57,243 bases of DNA from Candidatus Uhrbacteria bacterium (GTDB lineage Bacteria; Patescibacteriota; Patescibacteriia; JACQRZ01). Below, piece after piece: positions 27,029 to 37,014 of this stretch. The DNA is taken from positions 1-57,243 of the forward strand of contig JACQSB010000017.1 in NCBI GenBank assembly GCA_016206175.1, in the 5' to 3' direction. The notes beneath the pieces are model-generated. The model was not told the origin of the DNA and ran no database searches. It saw nothing but the letters and a program-made list of their open reading frames with translations. How positions within the stretch are numbered: the stretch's first letter is position 1; each line of letters starts with the position of its first letter. Both the position numbers and the translations under genes were made by a program.

Positions 27029-27664
27029 ATGACCCAACAAGAAATCGAAAAAATCTTCGAAGAAGTCGGCGCCGTTATTACGAATAGCCACATCGTCTAC
27101 ACGTCCGGCAAACATGGTACGGCATATATCAACAAAGATGCGGTGTATCCGCATACAGAAAAAATTTCTGCTTTGTGCGGTGAGATTGCGGACCGCTTTG
27201 TTTCTGAAAAACCAGAGGCTGTTGTCGCTCCCGCACTTGGCGGCATCATCCTGTCACAATGGATCGCGCATCACTTAACAGAAAAACTCGGGTATCCTGT
27301 CTACGGCGTATATGCGGAAAAAACAGACAGTGACGGATTTGTGATCAAACGAGGGTATGACGAATTAATACGAGGGAAAAAAGTCTTGCTTGCTGAGGAT
27401 GTACTTACAACCGGAGGATCGATAAAAAAAGTTGTTGAGGTGACGCGCGCCATTGGTGCAACAATCCTCGGGGTTGTCGCGCTTTGTAATCGCGGTGATA
27501 TCAGCACGGCTGACATCGGCAATGTGCCACGATTAGACGCTCTATTAAATATCTCGCTGGATTCGTGGGATGAAACAGACTGCCCCATGTGCGCGCAAGG
27601 GGTACCGATCAATACTGCTGTCGGCAAGGGAAAAGAATTCCTTGCCAAAAAGCAGGTATCATAG
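27029..27664 (+). CDS. pyrE: orotate phosphoribosyltransferase-like PRTase
   Basis: 211 aa. VLLAEDVLTTGGS PRPP-binding loop, within pyr gene context. Confidence 0.7.
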   Translation: MTQQEIEKIFEEVGAVITNSHIVYTSGKHGTAYINKDAVYPHTEKISALCGEIADRFVSEKPEAVVAPALGGIILSQWIAHHLTEKLGYPVYGVYAEKTDSDGFVIKRGYDELIRGKKVLLAEDVLTTGGSIKKVVEVTRAIGATILGVVALCNRGDISTADIGNVPRLDALLNISLDSWDETDCPMCAQGVPINTAVGKGKEFLAKKQVS

Positions 27665-27683
27665 CAAAGTCGGTTGGACTGTA

Positions 27684-28022
27684 TTATTCCTTTGGAGGGA
27701 TGTCCCCTTCTTTTTCTTTTAATGCCTTTTCAATGTATCCGTGCATTTCATCAAGCAGAGCGGTTCCTTGCTCAACCTGCTTTTTTAAGGCATCCCATGT
27801 TTTTTCCATCAGCTGCATCTCATCCAAGAGTATCTCGATTTCTCCATCATTTTTTACGCCCTGACTATTGAGCTTCATGGCGATCCGTAATCGCTCGGCA
27901 TTTTCCTTCAAAAGATTTTCGAATCCCTCCATTTCTTTCAAAGTACGTTCGATTCCTCGTCGTATGCGGATAGCATATCCTCGCTCGATCCCTACTATTT
28001 TCGGACGTTCTTGTTCAAGCAT
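27684..28022 (-). CDS. hypothetical coiled-coil protein
   Basis: 112 aa, Glu/Lys/Leu-rich. Lies 6 nt downstream of pyrC on the same strand. Confidence 0.45.
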   Translation of the reverse strand: MLEQERPKIVGIERGYAIRIRRGIERTLKEMEGFENLLKENAERLRIAMKLNSQGVKNDGEIEILLDEMQLMEKTWDALKKQVEQGTALLDEMHGYIEKALKEKEGDIPPKE

Positions 28023-28028
28023 AGGACA

Positions 28029-29246
28029 CTAAACTAGAGGATAGATGTTTTTACCGAGAATCGTATACGCAGGCCATCCGGTAAGCGTCATGCCAGCATA
28101 GGGTGACCAGGCACATTTTGTGAATTGATCGCTGTTTTTAATTTCTTTGGAACGTTCGACATCAACCAATACGATATCATTATTGGCGGGAACATCAAAA
28201 ATACGTTCCACATTTGAACGGGTAAGATCAACGATTTTGTCGTAGGTCAGTATGCCTTGCCGCGCAGCGTGGACTAAAAGCGCGAGGTAATTTTCGATCC
28301 CCGGCACTCCCGAGGGGGTCTTGCCGTACGGCTGATTTTTTTCCGCCAACGTATGAGGCGCATGGTCCGTACCGATTGTATCAATCGTGCCATCGGCAAT
28401 GCCTTCCCAGAGAGCCTCGTTGTCGGCAGCAGTGCGAAGCGGCGGATTCATCTGCGCACGCGTGCCGAGCGAAGGATAGATGGATTCATTCAAAAAAAGA
28501 TGGTGAGGTGTCGCCTCCAAAAAAATATTGATCCCCTCTTTTTTTGCAGCGCGCACCATCGCCACTTCTTCTGCGGTACTGGCGTGTACAATATATAATC
28601 GGTTGCCATATTTTTTTGTGGCTGCCAGTGCTCGCTCCAATGCGACAGTGGCGCAGTCGCGAGTCCGTATTTTTGAATGATACGAAACGTCGTCCGCGTT
28701 TCCATATCGAAGCACATTCTGCTGCATGAGCGATTCATCCTCGGCATGCACGGCGACGACAATACCGCACCGGGCAGCTATCTCGCAGATACGTTCAAAT
28801 GTTTCCTGGCTATCGATGAGCAAGTTTCCCGTACTCGAGCCAAGATAAACTTTTATGCCAACGATAAGGTCTTTTGCCTTTTGTATTTCATCAACGCTCG
28901 CTGAATCCGCCCCTAAATAAAGACGGTACCGAAGCGGGATGCCAGCTGTCTGTAACTGCGATTCAATCAGTTTTTTCTTCTCGTGAACCCGGGCAACGGT
29001 TGTACATGGCGGATTGTTGTTCGGCATGTCAAATACCGTGGTCACGCCGCCATGGATAGCGGCTCGGGCGCCGGTCTCCCAAGTCTCCTTCTGCTCGGCG
29101 CCAGGTACTCGAAAATGCACATGAGGGTCAATGAATGCCGGAAAGGCAACACATCCATTCGCGTCAATGATGCGATCTTGCGGTGTCTCTACGGCGAGAG
29201 AAATCGTATCGCCTTCAATCGTACGAACATTTGTTATTGTGGTCAT
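28029..29246 (-). CDS. pyrC: dihydroorotase
   Basis: 405 aa with FIDPHVHFRVPG and GTDHAPH motifs. Confidence 0.88.
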   Translation of the reverse strand: MTTITNVRTIEGDTISLAVETPQDRIIDANGCVAFPAFIDPHVHFRVPGAEQKETWETGARAAIHGGVTTVFDMPNNNPPCTTVARVHEKKKLIESQLQTAGIPLRYRLYLGADSASVDEIQKAKDLIVGIKVYLGSSTGNLLIDSQETFERICEIAARCGIVVAVHAEDESLMQQNVLRYGNADDVSYHSKIRTRDCATVALERALAATKKYGNRLYIVHASTAEEVAMVRAAKKEGINIFLEATPHHLFLNESIYPSLGTRAQMNPPLRTAADNEALWEGIADGTIDTIGTDHAPHTLAEKNQPYGKTPSGVPGIENYLALLVHAARQGILTYDKIVDLTRSNVERIFDVPANNDIVLVDVERSKEIKNSDQFTKCAWSPYAGMTLTGWPAYTILGKNIYPLV

Positions 29247-29257
29247 CGAGCTCTACT

Positions 29258-29737
29258 TTAGGCCAATTGGGAAAGGTCAGTCATGTCTTGCTGGTGGAAA
29301 ACACGCTCGCAATAGGTGCAGTGCATACGCAACTGCGTACCTGCTCGATAGACATGAAAGAGAGTATCAATGGCTTCGTAATTTGTAATACAATTCCGGT
29401 TGGGACAACGGAGAAGTCCTGTGATTTCGGAAGGAATCTCAAGCGTCTTTTTTTTGATTACTGCATAGTTTCTGATCCGCGCCATAGTAGCTCCGGGAGC
29501 GAGTAGGGCAATGCGACTCTCTTCCTCATTGCTGATACTGCGATCTTCCAGCTTGATGATATCTTTTTTCCCGATCCGCTTACTGGGAAGATTTAAGCCA
29601 ACGGTAATAACTTTAGGGTAGATGGCAAGATTGAGCAACGCAAGGATGCGCAGACCCTGACCGGTTGGTATATGGTCAATGACATAGCCGTTTTTAATGG
29701 CGGATACGTGCCGCAATTGATGCTTTTGTTGTTGCAT
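29258..29737 (-). CDS. pyrI: aspartate carbamoyltransferase regulatory subunit
   Basis: 159 aa. VSAIKNGYVIDHI motif and a C-terminal Zn domain (CPNRNC...CTYC). Confidence 0.85.
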   Translation of the reverse strand: MQQQKHQLRHVSAIKNGYVIDHIPTGQGLRILALLNLAIYPKVITVGLNLPSKRIGKKDIIKLEDRSISNEEESRIALLAPGATMARIRNYAVIKKKTLEIPSEITGLLRCPNRNCITNYEAIDTLFHVYRAGTQLRMHCTYCERVFHQQDMTDLSQLA

Positions 29738-29746
29738 AGATATAGA

Positions 29747-30670
29747 TTATGAAAGCACCAATGAAAGAATTGCTTGTCTCACATACAAACCATACGATGC
29801 CTGCTGAAAATAGTGCGCTTGCGGCATGGCGTCAATTTCAGGGCTTATTTCTGTGACGCGCGGCAATGGATGTAATATGCAGAGTGTCTTTTTCCCGCGC
29901 TTCAAGCTCTCCGGTGTTAATCGATACGTCCCTTTTACACGCTGGTATTCAATGTTATCGGTAAAACGTTCCTGTTGGATACGTGTCATATATAATACAT
30001 CAACCCGAGATATAATTTCTTCAATTTTTTCATGCTGGGAAAACTTTATCTGCCGCGCTTTCACTTCCTGCAATGGTTCTTTCGGTATCTGCAATGACGG
30101 AGGAGCCACAAAATAGAGCCGTACGGAAAAATTTGTCAGCGCACTCACCAGCGAATGCACGGTGCGGCCGTACTTGAGATCACCAACGAATGCGATATGA
30201 ATCTCATCTATTTTTTTCTGCGTTTTTTGTATCGTATACAAATCGATGAGTGTTTGGGTCGGGTGCTGATTTGCGCCATCACCAGCGTTGATCACCGGCT
30301 TATCAGAGACCTGCGCCGCGAGCCGAGCCGCACCGTCAGCGAAGTGCCGCAGTACGATGACATCTGCGTAATTACTTACGATACGCATCGTATCGCTCAA
30401 GGATTCCCCTTTCGAGGTTGATGTCGCTTTCGCGTCTGAAAATCCAATTACGCGGCCGCCGAGTTTTTGCATCGCTGACTCAAAAGAGAGGCGCGTGCGA
30501 GTGGAGCTTTCAAAAAAACAACTCGCCATCATCCGTGACTTGAGCGGTTCATGAGGGACCGCGCCTTTATGAAAGCGTTCTGCTTCCTTGAGAACGTCGA
30601 GTATTTCTTGTTTCGTAAAATCGCGAATAGAGATTACATCGCGATTACGGAATGGATTTGTTTTCTTCAT
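29747..30670 (-). CDS. pyrB: aspartate carbamoyltransferase catalytic subunit
   Basis: 307 aa with STRTRLSFE, HPTQ and HPLPR motifs. Confidence 0.9.
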   Translation of the reverse strand: MKKTNPFRNRDVISIRDFTKQEILDVLKEAERFHKGAVPHEPLKSRMMASCFFESSTRTRLSFESAMQKLGGRVIGFSDAKATSTSKGESLSDTMRIVSNYADVIVLRHFADGAARLAAQVSDKPVINAGDGANQHPTQTLIDLYTIQKTQKKIDEIHIAFVGDLKYGRTVHSLVSALTNFSVRLYFVAPPSLQIPKEPLQEVKARQIKFSQHEKIEEIISRVDVLYMTRIQQERFTDNIEYQRVKGTYRLTPESLKRGKKTLCILHPLPRVTEISPEIDAMPQAHYFQQASYGLYVRQAILSLVLS

Positions 30671-30692
30671 ACTGTTTATATGCTATTGAAGA

Positions 30693-33600
30693 TCACCGCC
30701 TCAATGTATACTCCTGCCACGATACTACCGGAATGGTGTGACCGTCAAGCTGCGTAATGCATTGTAGGAGAAGACGTGCTACTTGAAGGTTCGTGATAAG
30801 CGGTACGCCATGGTCGACTGCAAGACGCCGCATTAAGAATCCATTTGTCGTATGATCATGTCCTATGCCATCCGGAATCGTAATCACTAACCCGATCGTA
30901 CCCTCGGATAGCAGAACGGGGAGAGAAGGGGTAAGAGCATCTTGAGGCTTATAGGCAAAATAACAGCCAACGCCTCGGGCGGTGAGGTAGGCATGTGTCC
31001 CTTCGGTCGCATAGATCTCCCATCCGTGATGCTCAAGAGCGCGGAGCGGTTCCAGTAATTTTGCCTTTGCATACATCCCCCCGACACTCACAAAAATTGC
31101 CTTCCTCTTAATGGTATTTTCCGCCGCGTGCCATGCACGGATAAATGCTTCTTCAAGATTCTCTCCTATACAAGCCACTTCTCCTGTTGATGCCATTTCA
31201 ACAGTTCCAACGGGATCCGCTCCCTTAAGACGGCGATAAGAAAATTGCGGAGCTTTCACGCCGACATACGGAAGCTCGAGGGTCTCAAAAGAACCGTCGG
31301 AAATTTCTCTTCCCGTAAGAATGTGTGTCGCAATCGCAATGAGATTAACATTTGCGACTTTTGATACAAAAGGAAACGAACGCGACGCGCGAACATTGCA
31401 CTCGATTACCTGCAATTTATTTTCCCGAGCTATAAATTGAATGTTAAAAGGTCCACTGACGTGTAACGCTGATACAATCGCAGACGCGATCTCTTTTGCG
31501 CGTTTAATCGTTGCGAGATACACATTCTGGGGTGGCAATACGATCGTGGCATCGCCGGAGTGCACGCCAGCTTGTTCAATGTGTTCGGTCATCGCTTGAG
31601 CAATGATCGTGCCATTGCGCGCCACGCCGTCGATCTCGAGTTCTTTTGCGCCGCTAATAAACTCGCTCACGACGACAGAATGCGAACCAGCCTGACGCTG
31701 CGCTTCCTCCAGATAAGGCATCAACTCCATTTCATTGTAGACAACATTCATCGCCGCGCCGGAAAGAACGTACGACGGACGGATAAGCACAGGGTAGCCA
31801 ACTTTACGCGCAAAAGCGAACGCATTGTCGGGCGTAGAAGCGTTCACCCACCGAGGCTGATCGATTCCCAAAGACTTCAATAGTTTTGAAAATTTCCCCC
31901 TGTCTTCAGCTTGATCGATCAAGAGTGGCGAGGTGCCAAGAATTGGATACTGCTCTTTGAATAATGGAAGAGCGAGGTTGTTTGCAACCTGTCCTCCGAC
32001 TGAAAGTATTACTCCGTGCGGTTGTTCGAAATCCAGAATATCCCGCACGCGCTCCTCGGTGAGTTCTTCGAAATATAAACGGTCGGATTCATCGTAATCC
32101 GTTGATACTGTTTCGGGATTTGAGTTGACGAGAATGCTGTAATGGTTCTGTTGGCGGAGTGTACGCACGGTATTCACTGCGCACCAGTCAAACTCCACCG
32201 ACGATCCTATGGCATACGGACCGGAACCCAATACTACAATAGCATCTTGATTTGCCGCCGGCAGGTCGTGGCGATCGGCATGATAGGTAAGGTAAAGATA
32301 ATTTGTTGATGCCGGAAACTCCCCTGCGAGCGTATCGATCTGTTTTACGAATGGAACGATGTTGGCTTTTTTACGCATAGTGCGGATATTCTCTTCTTTC
32401 TTGCCCCAGATTTGCGCTATTCGTTTATCCGAAAACCCAAATCGCTTTGCTTGCGCAAGCACTCCCGCATCCCCGATCTTCTTTTGTATTATTTTTTCAA
32501 AGGCTACAATTTGTTCAATCTCATGCAAAAACCACTGATCAATTTTTGTAACTTCATACGCGCGCTCAACCGTTCCGCCATTCTGAAAATAGTGATAAAG
32601 ACAGTAAAGCCGATAATCAGTGGGATGTGCAATTTCTTCTTCGCTTCCTTCAATCGGAAGAGGTGGGGAAGCAAGGTCGCTAGAACCGCTCTTCACCATG
32701 CGGGCAGCTTTCTGAATCGCTTCGGGAAAACTGCGTCCGATCGCCATCACTTCACCAACGCTCTTCATTTCCGTACCGATCGTACGGCTCGCAATCCGTA
32801 GTTTTTCGGTATCCCAGCGAGGGATTTTCACCACAACATAATCGAGCGCGGGTTCAAAAAATGCCGATGTTATTTTTGTGATCTTATTTTCCAACTCATC
32901 AAGCCGCTTGTGCAGTGCGAGCTTTGTCGCGATAAATGCTAACGGATATCCGGTCGCCTTTGAGGCAAGCGCACTTGAACGCGAGAGTCGCGCATTCATC
33001 TCAATTACCCGATATTCTCCTGTATGAGGATGAAGAGCATATTGAATGTTGCACTCCCCGACGATGCCGACGTGATCCGCAACGCGGCATGCAATCTCTC
33101 GGAGTTGGTGATATTCACGGTTATTCAATGTCTGGGAAGGCGCGACTACTATGCTCTCGCCGGTGTGAATTCCGAGCGGATCCATATTTTCCATGTTGCA
33201 TACGGTGATGGTGTTGCCTGTATAATCGCGTACCACTTCATATTCGATCTCTTTCCACCCGGCAAGGCACTCTTCGATGAGAATCTGGGGGGCAGCGTTT
33301 AAGCTTTCAGCTGCGGCAGATTTGAGCAGTTCAGGTGTCGCATATACACCGCTACCCTGGCCGCCCAAAGCAAAACCGGATCGCATCATCACGGGAAATC
33401 CTATCTCGGATGCGGCGCGTAGCGCCTCCTCTACACTCTTTGCTGCTTTGCTTTTCGGCGAATGAATGCCAATCTCATGTAATGACTGCTTGAATAAATC
33501 GCGGTCTTCGGTAATTCTGATCGTTGCAATCGGTGTTCCATATACCGTGATCCCATGTTTCGTCAAAATCCCCTGCTCTTCGAGCGCAAGACCAAGGTTT

Positions 33601-33881
33601 AATGCTGTCTGGCCCCCGAAACCAAGCAATAAGCCATCCGGATTTTCTTTTTGGATAATTGCCGTGACGCGATCGACGGTTAACGGCTCAAGATAGAGCA
33701 CGTCAGCCATTGATTCATCCGTTTGAACAGTTGCAATGTTCGGATTAACCAATACGGTGCGGACTCCTTCTTCGCGCAACGCTTTGAGCGCTTGGCTGCC
33801 CGAATAATCAAACTCTCCTGCTTGCCCGATACGCAAACCGCCAGAGCCGAGGACGAGCATCGTGTGGGGAATATTCTTCAT
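30693..33881 (-). CDS. carB: carbamoyl-phosphate synthase large subunit
   Basis: 1062 aa. Duplicated ATP-grasp halves and a typical N-terminus (LGSGGLRIGQAGEFDYSGSQA). Confidence 0.95.
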   Translation of the reverse strand: MKNIPHTMLVLGSGGLRIGQAGEFDYSGSQALKALREEGVRTVLVNPNIATVQTDESMADVLYLEPLTVDRVTAIIQKENPDGLLLGFGGQTALNLGLALEEQGILTKHGITVYGTPIATIRITEDRDLFKQSLHEIGIHSPKSKAAKSVEEALRAASEIGFPVMMRSGFALGGQGSGVYATPELLKSAAAESLNAAPQILIEECLAGWKEIEYEVVRDYTGNTITVCNMENMDPLGIHTGESIVVAPSQTLNNREYHQLREIACRVADHVGIVGECNIQYALHPHTGEYRVIEMNARLSRSSALASKATGYPLAFIATKLALHKRLDELENKITKITSAFFEPALDYVVVKIPRWDTEKLRIASRTIGTEMKSVGEVMAIGRSFPEAIQKAARMVKSGSSDLASPPLPIEGSEEEIAHPTDYRLYCLYHYFQNGGTVERAYEVTKIDQWFLHEIEQIVAFEKIIQKKIGDAGVLAQAKRFGFSDKRIAQIWGKKEENIRTMRKKANIVPFVKQIDTLAGEFPASTNYLYLTYHADRHDLPAANQDAIVVLGSGPYAIGSSVEFDWCAVNTVRTLRQQNHYSILVNSNPETVSTDYDESDRLYFEELTEERVRDILDFEQPHGVILSVGGQVANNLALPLFKEQYPILGTSPLLIDQAEDRGKFSKLLKSLGIDQPRWVNASTPDNAFAFARKVGYPVLIRPSYVLSGAAMNVVYNEMELMPYLEEAQRQAGSHSVVVSEFISGAKELEIDGVARNGTIIAQAMTEHIEQAGVHSGDATIVLPPQNVYLATIKRAKEIASAIVSALHVSGPFNIQFIARENKLQVIECNVRASRSFPFVSKVANVNLIAIATHILTGREISDGSFETLELPYVGVKAPQFSYRRLKGADPVGTVEMASTGEVACIGENLEEAFIRAWHAAENTIKRKAIFVSVGGMYAKAKLLEPLRALEHHGWEIYATEGTHAYLTARGVGCYFAYKPQDALTPSLPVLLSEGTIGLVITIPDGIGHDHTTNGFLMRRLAVDHGVPLITNLQVARLLLQCITQLDGHTIPVVSWQEYTLRR

Positions 33882-35062
33882 AGCAAATCAACAAATCGAT
33901 CAAAAAGATAGCGGGTATCTGTGGGTCCCGGACACGCTTCGGGATGAAATTGTACGGCAAAAAACGGAAGACTATTATGCGCAATACCTTCCACGGATTT
34001 ATCATTCAAATTGCGAAAACTGACTGACCATTGGCTCGGTAAAGTAGTTTCATCGATCGCGTATCCGTGATTTTGGCTTGTCACCGTGAGCCGTTGTGTC
34101 GCTGTCTCAATACACGGTTGGTTTTGCCCGCGATGTCCAAACGGCAGTTTATACGTGCTTGCGCTTGCAGCGAGCGCAAGCAGTTGCGATCCAAGACAAA
34201 TGCCAAATATCGGTTTGCGCTGTTGCATGAATTTTTTCAAAATCTCTACCGAACGAACAGCAAGGGCGGGGTCTCCCGGACCATTGGAAAGAAAAACGCC
34301 ATTGGCCTCTTCTTTGGTGTAGTCATAATCATACGGCACACGGATCAAACGGAGATCTCGAGACAGCAATTCTCGTATGCTGTTTTCTTTCACGCCGCAG
34401 TCAACTACAACGACAGTCTTTTTTCCATTGCCGATGATCTGCGGTTTTTTGAGTGAAACTTTCTGCAAAAGATTTTCTTTATTCGGATCATAGAATTCGA
34501 TGAGAGATCTATCCCCCTGTCCTTTGTGACGAATCACCCCGAGCGGAGAACCCTTCATGCGGATATACTGGGTAAGTGCACGCGTGTCAGCGCAAAGAAA
34601 GAGAGGGATGCTGTTCCCTCTCAACCACTCAATCAACGATGTGATACTATCCTGATGGGAATACTGGATACAAGCCGAAGACACGATGACTGCCTGCACA
34701 TGGATCTTTTTGGACTCCCAATCGCTTTTTTTAGGAACACCGTAATTCCCAATAAGCGGATAGGTAAAGACAATGCACTGGCCGGTATACGACGGATCGG
34801 TGAGTGTTTGCACATAGCCGGTCATGCCGGTCGTGAAAACAATCTCGCCTCGCACTGGGTCGCTCGCCCATGATGAAAGCACTCCATGAAATGCGGTATT
34901 GTCCTCAAGCACGATCTCGGCGGGATGAAAAGGATATGCCGCATCATCGCGCAAATCGGCGTTGGAATAAAAAAAGAAATCCGAGAGCGGATTCTTTTTT
35001 TGAGAAAGAGATTGCTTTTTGTGAATGCGATTTTTCTTCTGCCCAGATTGCTTTCCGACCAT
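33878..35062 (-). CDS. carA: carbamoyl-phosphate synthase small (glutaminase) subunit, with a roughly 45-aa Lys-rich N-terminal extension if the ATG at 35062 is used
   Basis: GICLGSQLL catalytic Cys and FHPEA motifs. ATGA overlap with carB. Confidence 0.88.
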   Translation of the reverse strand: MVGKQSGQKKNRIHKKQSLSQKKNPLSDFFFYSNADLRDDAAYPFHPAEIVLEDNTAFHGVLSSWASDPVRGEIVFTTGMTGYVQTLTDPSYTGQCIVFTYPLIGNYGVPKKSDWESKKIHVQAVIVSSACIQYSHQDSITSLIEWLRGNSIPLFLCADTRALTQYIRMKGSPLGVIRHKGQGDRSLIEFYDPNKENLLQKVSLKKPQIIGNGKKTVVVVDCGVKENSIRELLSRDLRLIRVPYDYDYTKEEANGVFLSNGPGDPALAVRSVEILKKFMQQRKPIFGICLGSQLLALAASASTYKLPFGHRGQNQPCIETATQRLTVTSQNHGYAIDETTLPSQWSVSFRNLNDKSVEGIAHNSLPFFAVQFHPEACPGPTDTRYLFDRFVDLL

Positions 35063-35112
35063 AGGAAACTATGAATGAAGTTTTGCTAAGGAAGCCGTAT
35101 ATCCAAACACGG

Positions 35113-35140
35113 AGTATATCACGCCGAAAAAATCTCGCAA
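35113..35140 (-). promoter_or_regulatory. candidate sigma-70 promoter for the carA operon
   Basis: On the minus strand: TTGCGA-16 nt-TATACT with TG upstream (extended -10). Confidence 0.5.
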
Positions 35141-35168
35141 GGGGATTCACGCGCTGCGGATGAATCCC
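35127..35168 (-). terminator. hairpin after the hypothetical gene, weak terminator candidate
   Basis: GGGATTCA / TGAATCCC stem at 35142-35168. A T6 run lies 9 nt downstream on the minus strand. Confidence 0.35.
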
Positions 35169-35174
35169 GTACTA

Positions 35175-36551
35175 TCACTCACTTTTGCCTAGCAAATTGC
35201 CGTAGCGTTCGGTTGCTTCGTTGAGTCCCGAAATCGCGCGCCGAAGCCACATACTGTCTTTTACTCCTTTATCCCTATACGACCCGCCTTTATGTTCGTA
35301 CATCCGCGCGACCACCTGCGGTGATTGTATTTCGCGATATGCCCGCACTTTTCTTTTATGGTCGAAATACCACTCTTTGCGGGCATTCGGCTCGCCTTCC
35401 TCTATGGCATATAGTTGGGCGGGGTATGGTTCGTCATCGCCAACACTTTTCTTAACAAAAACTTTTCCTACATACTCTCGCAATTTCTCATAGGCCTCCT
35501 TATCGTGTTCTATCACCTTATTTTGCTCTGCAATATATTCGAATACCGGAGCAAACATGCGCCGATGGTATTTGATCGTTGCTGGATCAATATAAGATTC
35601 TTCCAACTTTTTTCTCGCCGTCACCTCACGCTTTACACGATCAACGGCAGCTGGTCCAACTGTACGTTGAGCGAAAGGAATAAATGCTTCATGCGCTCGC
35701 GCAGCATCGATCGTCGCTTGTGCAATCTCTTTTGCGTCCCCCCACATGATCGCTTGGAGTAGGCGACTGCGAGGCTCAGCAAGGACAAGCTCGTCAACAG
35801 AACTCTCGCCCTTGATATGACATACAGCATTCCAAAGATCGAGCACTTCTCGTCCGCGTGTCGGGGATCCGTAAACAATAGCTGCTTGCCGCTCAAGAAG
35901 CGGCAAAGCGTAGGCGCGATACTCTTTACAGAATTCTATTCCCTCATTTTGCGGAGCACCGATCAACTTATCTTTCAAAAACTGTTCTTCTTTGCCTCCT
36001 TGTATGGAGACAACGTGCGGCGCAAACACAAGGTCAGATGCTTTTGCTGCCATGCGATATTCGGCGATATGGTTAGCGAGCGCGGAATAAAACAAAGCGC
36101 GCCTACTCACTGCTGCTTTTGGAATGCCATCGATCACTCTAAAAATCTTCTCAAAATGAATGCGGTCAGCCTGCAATCCAACCACTGATCCTTCTGTACG
36201 AACGAATGAAGCGATAAAACCAACATAATCTAATTTGGGATCAATCGCGCGCAGATACCTCCTTGCCTCTTTGGTGGCGTCCGGCGGTATAAGTTTTTTT
36301 TCTGCCGTCAAAGACAAAAATGATTTCTTTTGCGGATCACGAAGATCAACAAGAAATGACGAATTCTGTACGGCTTGATATGCGTCACGCATACGCGCCG
36401 AGCCTTGTTGTTCTAAGAAAAGCTGCACGCAGCCATCCGCATATTCACTGGCGTCGATTTTTCTCTCTCGCCACCGTTTTGCCAGCAGCTCTTTTACGAC
36501 GGCAAACGACGACTCTTGCTGTTCTCCTCCTGATCTGAGTTCATGGGACAT
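35175..36551 (-). CDS. hypothetical protein, 458 aa, no family recognised
   Basis: The ATG at 36551 lies 4 nt after the upstream stop. The longer ORF would overlap the upstream gene by 65 nt. Confidence 0.5.
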   Translation of the reverse strand: MSHELRSGGEQQESSFAVVKELLAKRWRERKIDASEYADGCVQLFLEQQGSARMRDAYQAVQNSSFLVDLRDPQKKSFLSLTAEKKLIPPDATKEARRYLRAIDPKLDYVGFIASFVRTEGSVVGLQADRIHFEKIFRVIDGIPKAAVSRRALFYSALANHIAEYRMAAKASDLVFAPHVVSIQGGKEEQFLKDKLIGAPQNEGIEFCKEYRAYALPLLERQAAIVYGSPTRGREVLDLWNAVCHIKGESSVDELVLAEPRSRLLQAIMWGDAKEIAQATIDAARAHEAFIPFAQRTVGPAAVDRVKREVTARKKLEESYIDPATIKYHRRMFAPVFEYIAEQNKVIEHDKEAYEKLREYVGKVFVKKSVGDDEPYPAQLYAIEEGEPNARKEWYFDHKRKVRAYREIQSPQVVARMYEHKGGSYRDKGVKDSMWLRRAISGLNEATERYGNLLGKSE

Positions 36552-36555
36552 AGGA

Positions 36556-37014
36556 TTATTTCTTTTTTGCTCGGTCCACCAACCAGGAACTTGACTGCAC
36601 TTTTCCGCCATGGCCAACATTGAAGACTGTCTTGCAGCCGATCTTACGGCAGAGGATATTTTCTTTACTTACTGATGTTATGGGCGTCCGGTCGCCGCCG
36701 TTCGCAAAAATATCCGGCTTCAACGCACGCAATTCTTTTACGACGCTCATATCAGTGGGAGTTGCCAAGTGTTTCGTGAGAATTACCTTATCTACGCAAG
36801 CAAGAGCTTTTATGATTTCGGCGCGCTCATTTTCAGCCATAAAGACGTATCCCTTTTTCTTTCGGAGCCAGTTGTCGTTATTCACGATAACCACGAGTAT
36901 ATCACCAAGTCTTTTTGCTTCTTGCATGAGACGCACATGCCCGACATGAAGCGGATCAAAACCTCCGCTGACAGCGACGACGATTGGTTTTTTCTTCACT
37001 TTCATTTCTTTCAT
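36556..37014 (-). CDS. cytidylyltransferase-like nucleotidyltransferase (HxGH family)
   Basis: 152 aa. The VAVSGGFDPLHVGHVRLMQEAKRLG motif is present. ATGA overlap with pilB. Confidence 0.7.
   Translation of the reverse strand: MKEMKVKKKPIVVAVSGGFDPLHVGHVRLMQEAKRLGDILVVIVNNDNWLRKKKGYVFMAENERAEIIKALACVDKVILTKHLATPTDMSVVKELRALKPDIFANGGDRTPITSVSKENILCRKIGCKTVFNVGHGGKVQSSSWLVDRAKKK

Noticed and set aside
33878-35062. The Lys-rich 45-aa N-terminal extension of CarA as a novel domain.
   Set aside because: It may simply reflect an unannotated non-ATG start closer to the conserved AEIVLEDNTAFHG region. The sequence alone cannot decide.
35063-35174. A possible PyrR-type attenuator or riboswitch upstream of carA.
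   Set aside because: I found no PyrR binding-loop consensus and no alternative antiterminator/terminator pair. The region is explained by the terminator-like hairpin of the upstream gene plus a TTGCGA-16-TATACT promoter.
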